From contig OY970174.1 of the NCBI GenBank assembly GCA_963707795.1, forward strand, positions 1,874,648 through 1,938,647: a stretch of DNA of 64,000 nt, read 5' to 3'. How positions within the stretch are numbered: the first letter of the stretch is position 1; each line of letters opens with the position of its first letter. Shown here piece after piece: positions 63,241-64,000 of this stretch. Below the pieces are notes generated by a model, which was given only the letters and a program-made list of their open reading frames with translations, did not search any database and was not told the DNA's origin. Both the position numbers and the translations under genes were made by a program. This stretch comes from an uncultured Acidobacteriota bacterium. Lineage in GTDB: Bacteria > Acidobacteriota > Vicinamibacteria > Vicinamibacterales > UBA2999.

Positions 63241-64000
63241 CTAGAAGGTGAAGCGCAGGCTGATCTGGGTGATGCGCGAGAACCCCGACTGCCGGGTGAT
63301 CTGGCCGAACGTCGAGTTGTCCACGAACACGTTGTAGTCGCGGAACTTCGGGGTGTTGGTCGCGTTGAGGATCTCGAACTTGACCTCCGCGCGGGTCGAG
63401 CCGCCGGTGCGGAACTGCTTGGCGGCGACGAAGTCGAGGTTCTTCCGGAACGGGCTGCGCAGCCGCGTGTCGGTGCGCTCGAGCGAACCGGTCTGGCCGA
63501 CCGCCGGCCGCTGGTAGGCGGCCGCCGACGCGTACGGCGTCGCGCTGGTCACCCGGTCCTCGATGCTGCCGCTGGTATTCGGATCGCCGCTGCCGGCGTC
63601 CGGGCGGAGCTCGACGGTGCCGAAGTTGCCGAAGTGCGCCTGCGAGACGCCCTGGCTGTAGCGGGCCGGCGTCGGGAAGCCGCTCTCCAGCAGCACCACC
63701 GCCGACAGCGTCCAGCCGCCGATGAGGAGGTCGGCGGCGCGGCTGTTGCCCCACCGCTTGTCCTGGCCGAACGGCAGCTCGAAGATCGGCGCGAGCACGA
63801 CGCGGTGCGGCGTGTCGAGCAGCCCCGTCGCGTACTCGGCGTCGAGGTTGTAGTTGTCCTGCGGGCGGCCGGTGAAGTTGGCCTGGAAGTGGTTCTGCTC
63901 GCCGAACTGGTTGTCCTTGAGGTTGCTCCAGGTGTAGTTGAACCGCCCGCCGAACCCCTCGGTGAGGCGCTTCTCGAGCTTGAGGATCAGCGCGTTGTAG
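63241..64000 (-). CDS. TonB-dependent receptor, C-terminal part (continues beyond the window)
   Basis: Beta-barrel C-terminus ...YNALILKLEKR...LLDTPHRVVLAPIFELPFG...FEILNATNTPKF...ITQISLRFTF*. The frame stays open to the window edge. Confidence 0.8.
   Translation of the reverse strand, partial: YNALILKLEKRLTEGFGGRFNYTWSNLKDNQFGEQNHFQANFTGRPQDNYNLDAEYATGLLDTPHRVVLAPIFELPFGQDKRWGNSRAADLLIGGWTLSAVVLLESGFPTPARYSQGVSQAHFGNFGTVELRPDAGSGDPNTSGSIEDRVTSATPYASAAAYQRPAVGQTGSLERTDTRLRSPFRKNLDFVAAKQFRTGGSTRAEVKFEILNATNTPKFRDYNVFVDNSTFGQITRQSGFSRITQISLRFTF

Noticed and set aside
1-64000. Search for CRISPR arrays, rRNA, IS elements/transposases, integrases and toxin-antitoxin pairs
   Set aside because: None were seen. 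There are no regularly spaced direct repeats and no DDE/tyrosine-recombinase-like translations. The only tandem repeats are the short ones reported.

Overview
This is a 64-kb, very GC-rich bacterial chromosomal segment. Hand counts of single 60-nt lines give 48/60 and 49/60 G+C in typical genes. The gene content suggests an Acidobacteriota-like soil bacterium, based on VWFA-type secreted proteins, a CarboxypepD_reg-type TonB receptor and many TPR/exported proteins; this is inference only.

Gene order:
- 1-3.2 kb: a block of frame-broken genes (membrane glycosyltransferase-like protein, OM beta-barrel, suhB, RsbW-like kinase).
- 3.4-5.2 kb: aroA-aroK.
- 7.2-14.5 kb: a complete System I cytochrome c maturation operon (ccmE, ccmF-H fusion, ccmABCD) with extra embedded genes.
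- 14.5-22.7 kb: maf, DUF721, thiolase, cupin, SorAB-type sulfite dehydrogenase, catalase, a YdjM-like hydrolase and recA.
- 23056-23131: tRNA-Phe.
- 23.1-36.1 kb: a visibly lower-GC segment. It holds a 5-gene MacB-type ABC / LolA-like / beta-barrel / cNMP-patatin operon, a di-heme protein, an OYE flavoenzyme and an FHA-nucleotidyl cyclase.
- 36.2-40.0 kb: a 1270-aa protein I cannot assign to any family, followed by a REC-HD-GYP regulator.
- 41.4-64 kb: DUF5916-like OM protein, TerB, Mo-oxidoreductase, an ATP-grasp/Zn-peptidase pair, pirin-YceI/HxlR, a PQQ dehydrogenase, a cytochrome c-PHM/DBH-like-TPR redox cluster, a spermidine-synthase-like membrane fusion, a TPR membrane protein and a partial TonB-dependent receptor.

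No CRISPR array, rRNA, transposase or integrase was seen. About 19 reading-frame breaks are present, and almost all behave as one extra base. I read them as probable assembly indels rather than biology.

The best candidate for an undescribed system is the same-strand trio at 35.1-41.2 kb: REC-HD-GYP, the 1270-aa unassignable protein and the FHA-cyclase. The cNMP-patatin export operon on the tRNA-Phe-adjacent low-GC segment is the second candidate.
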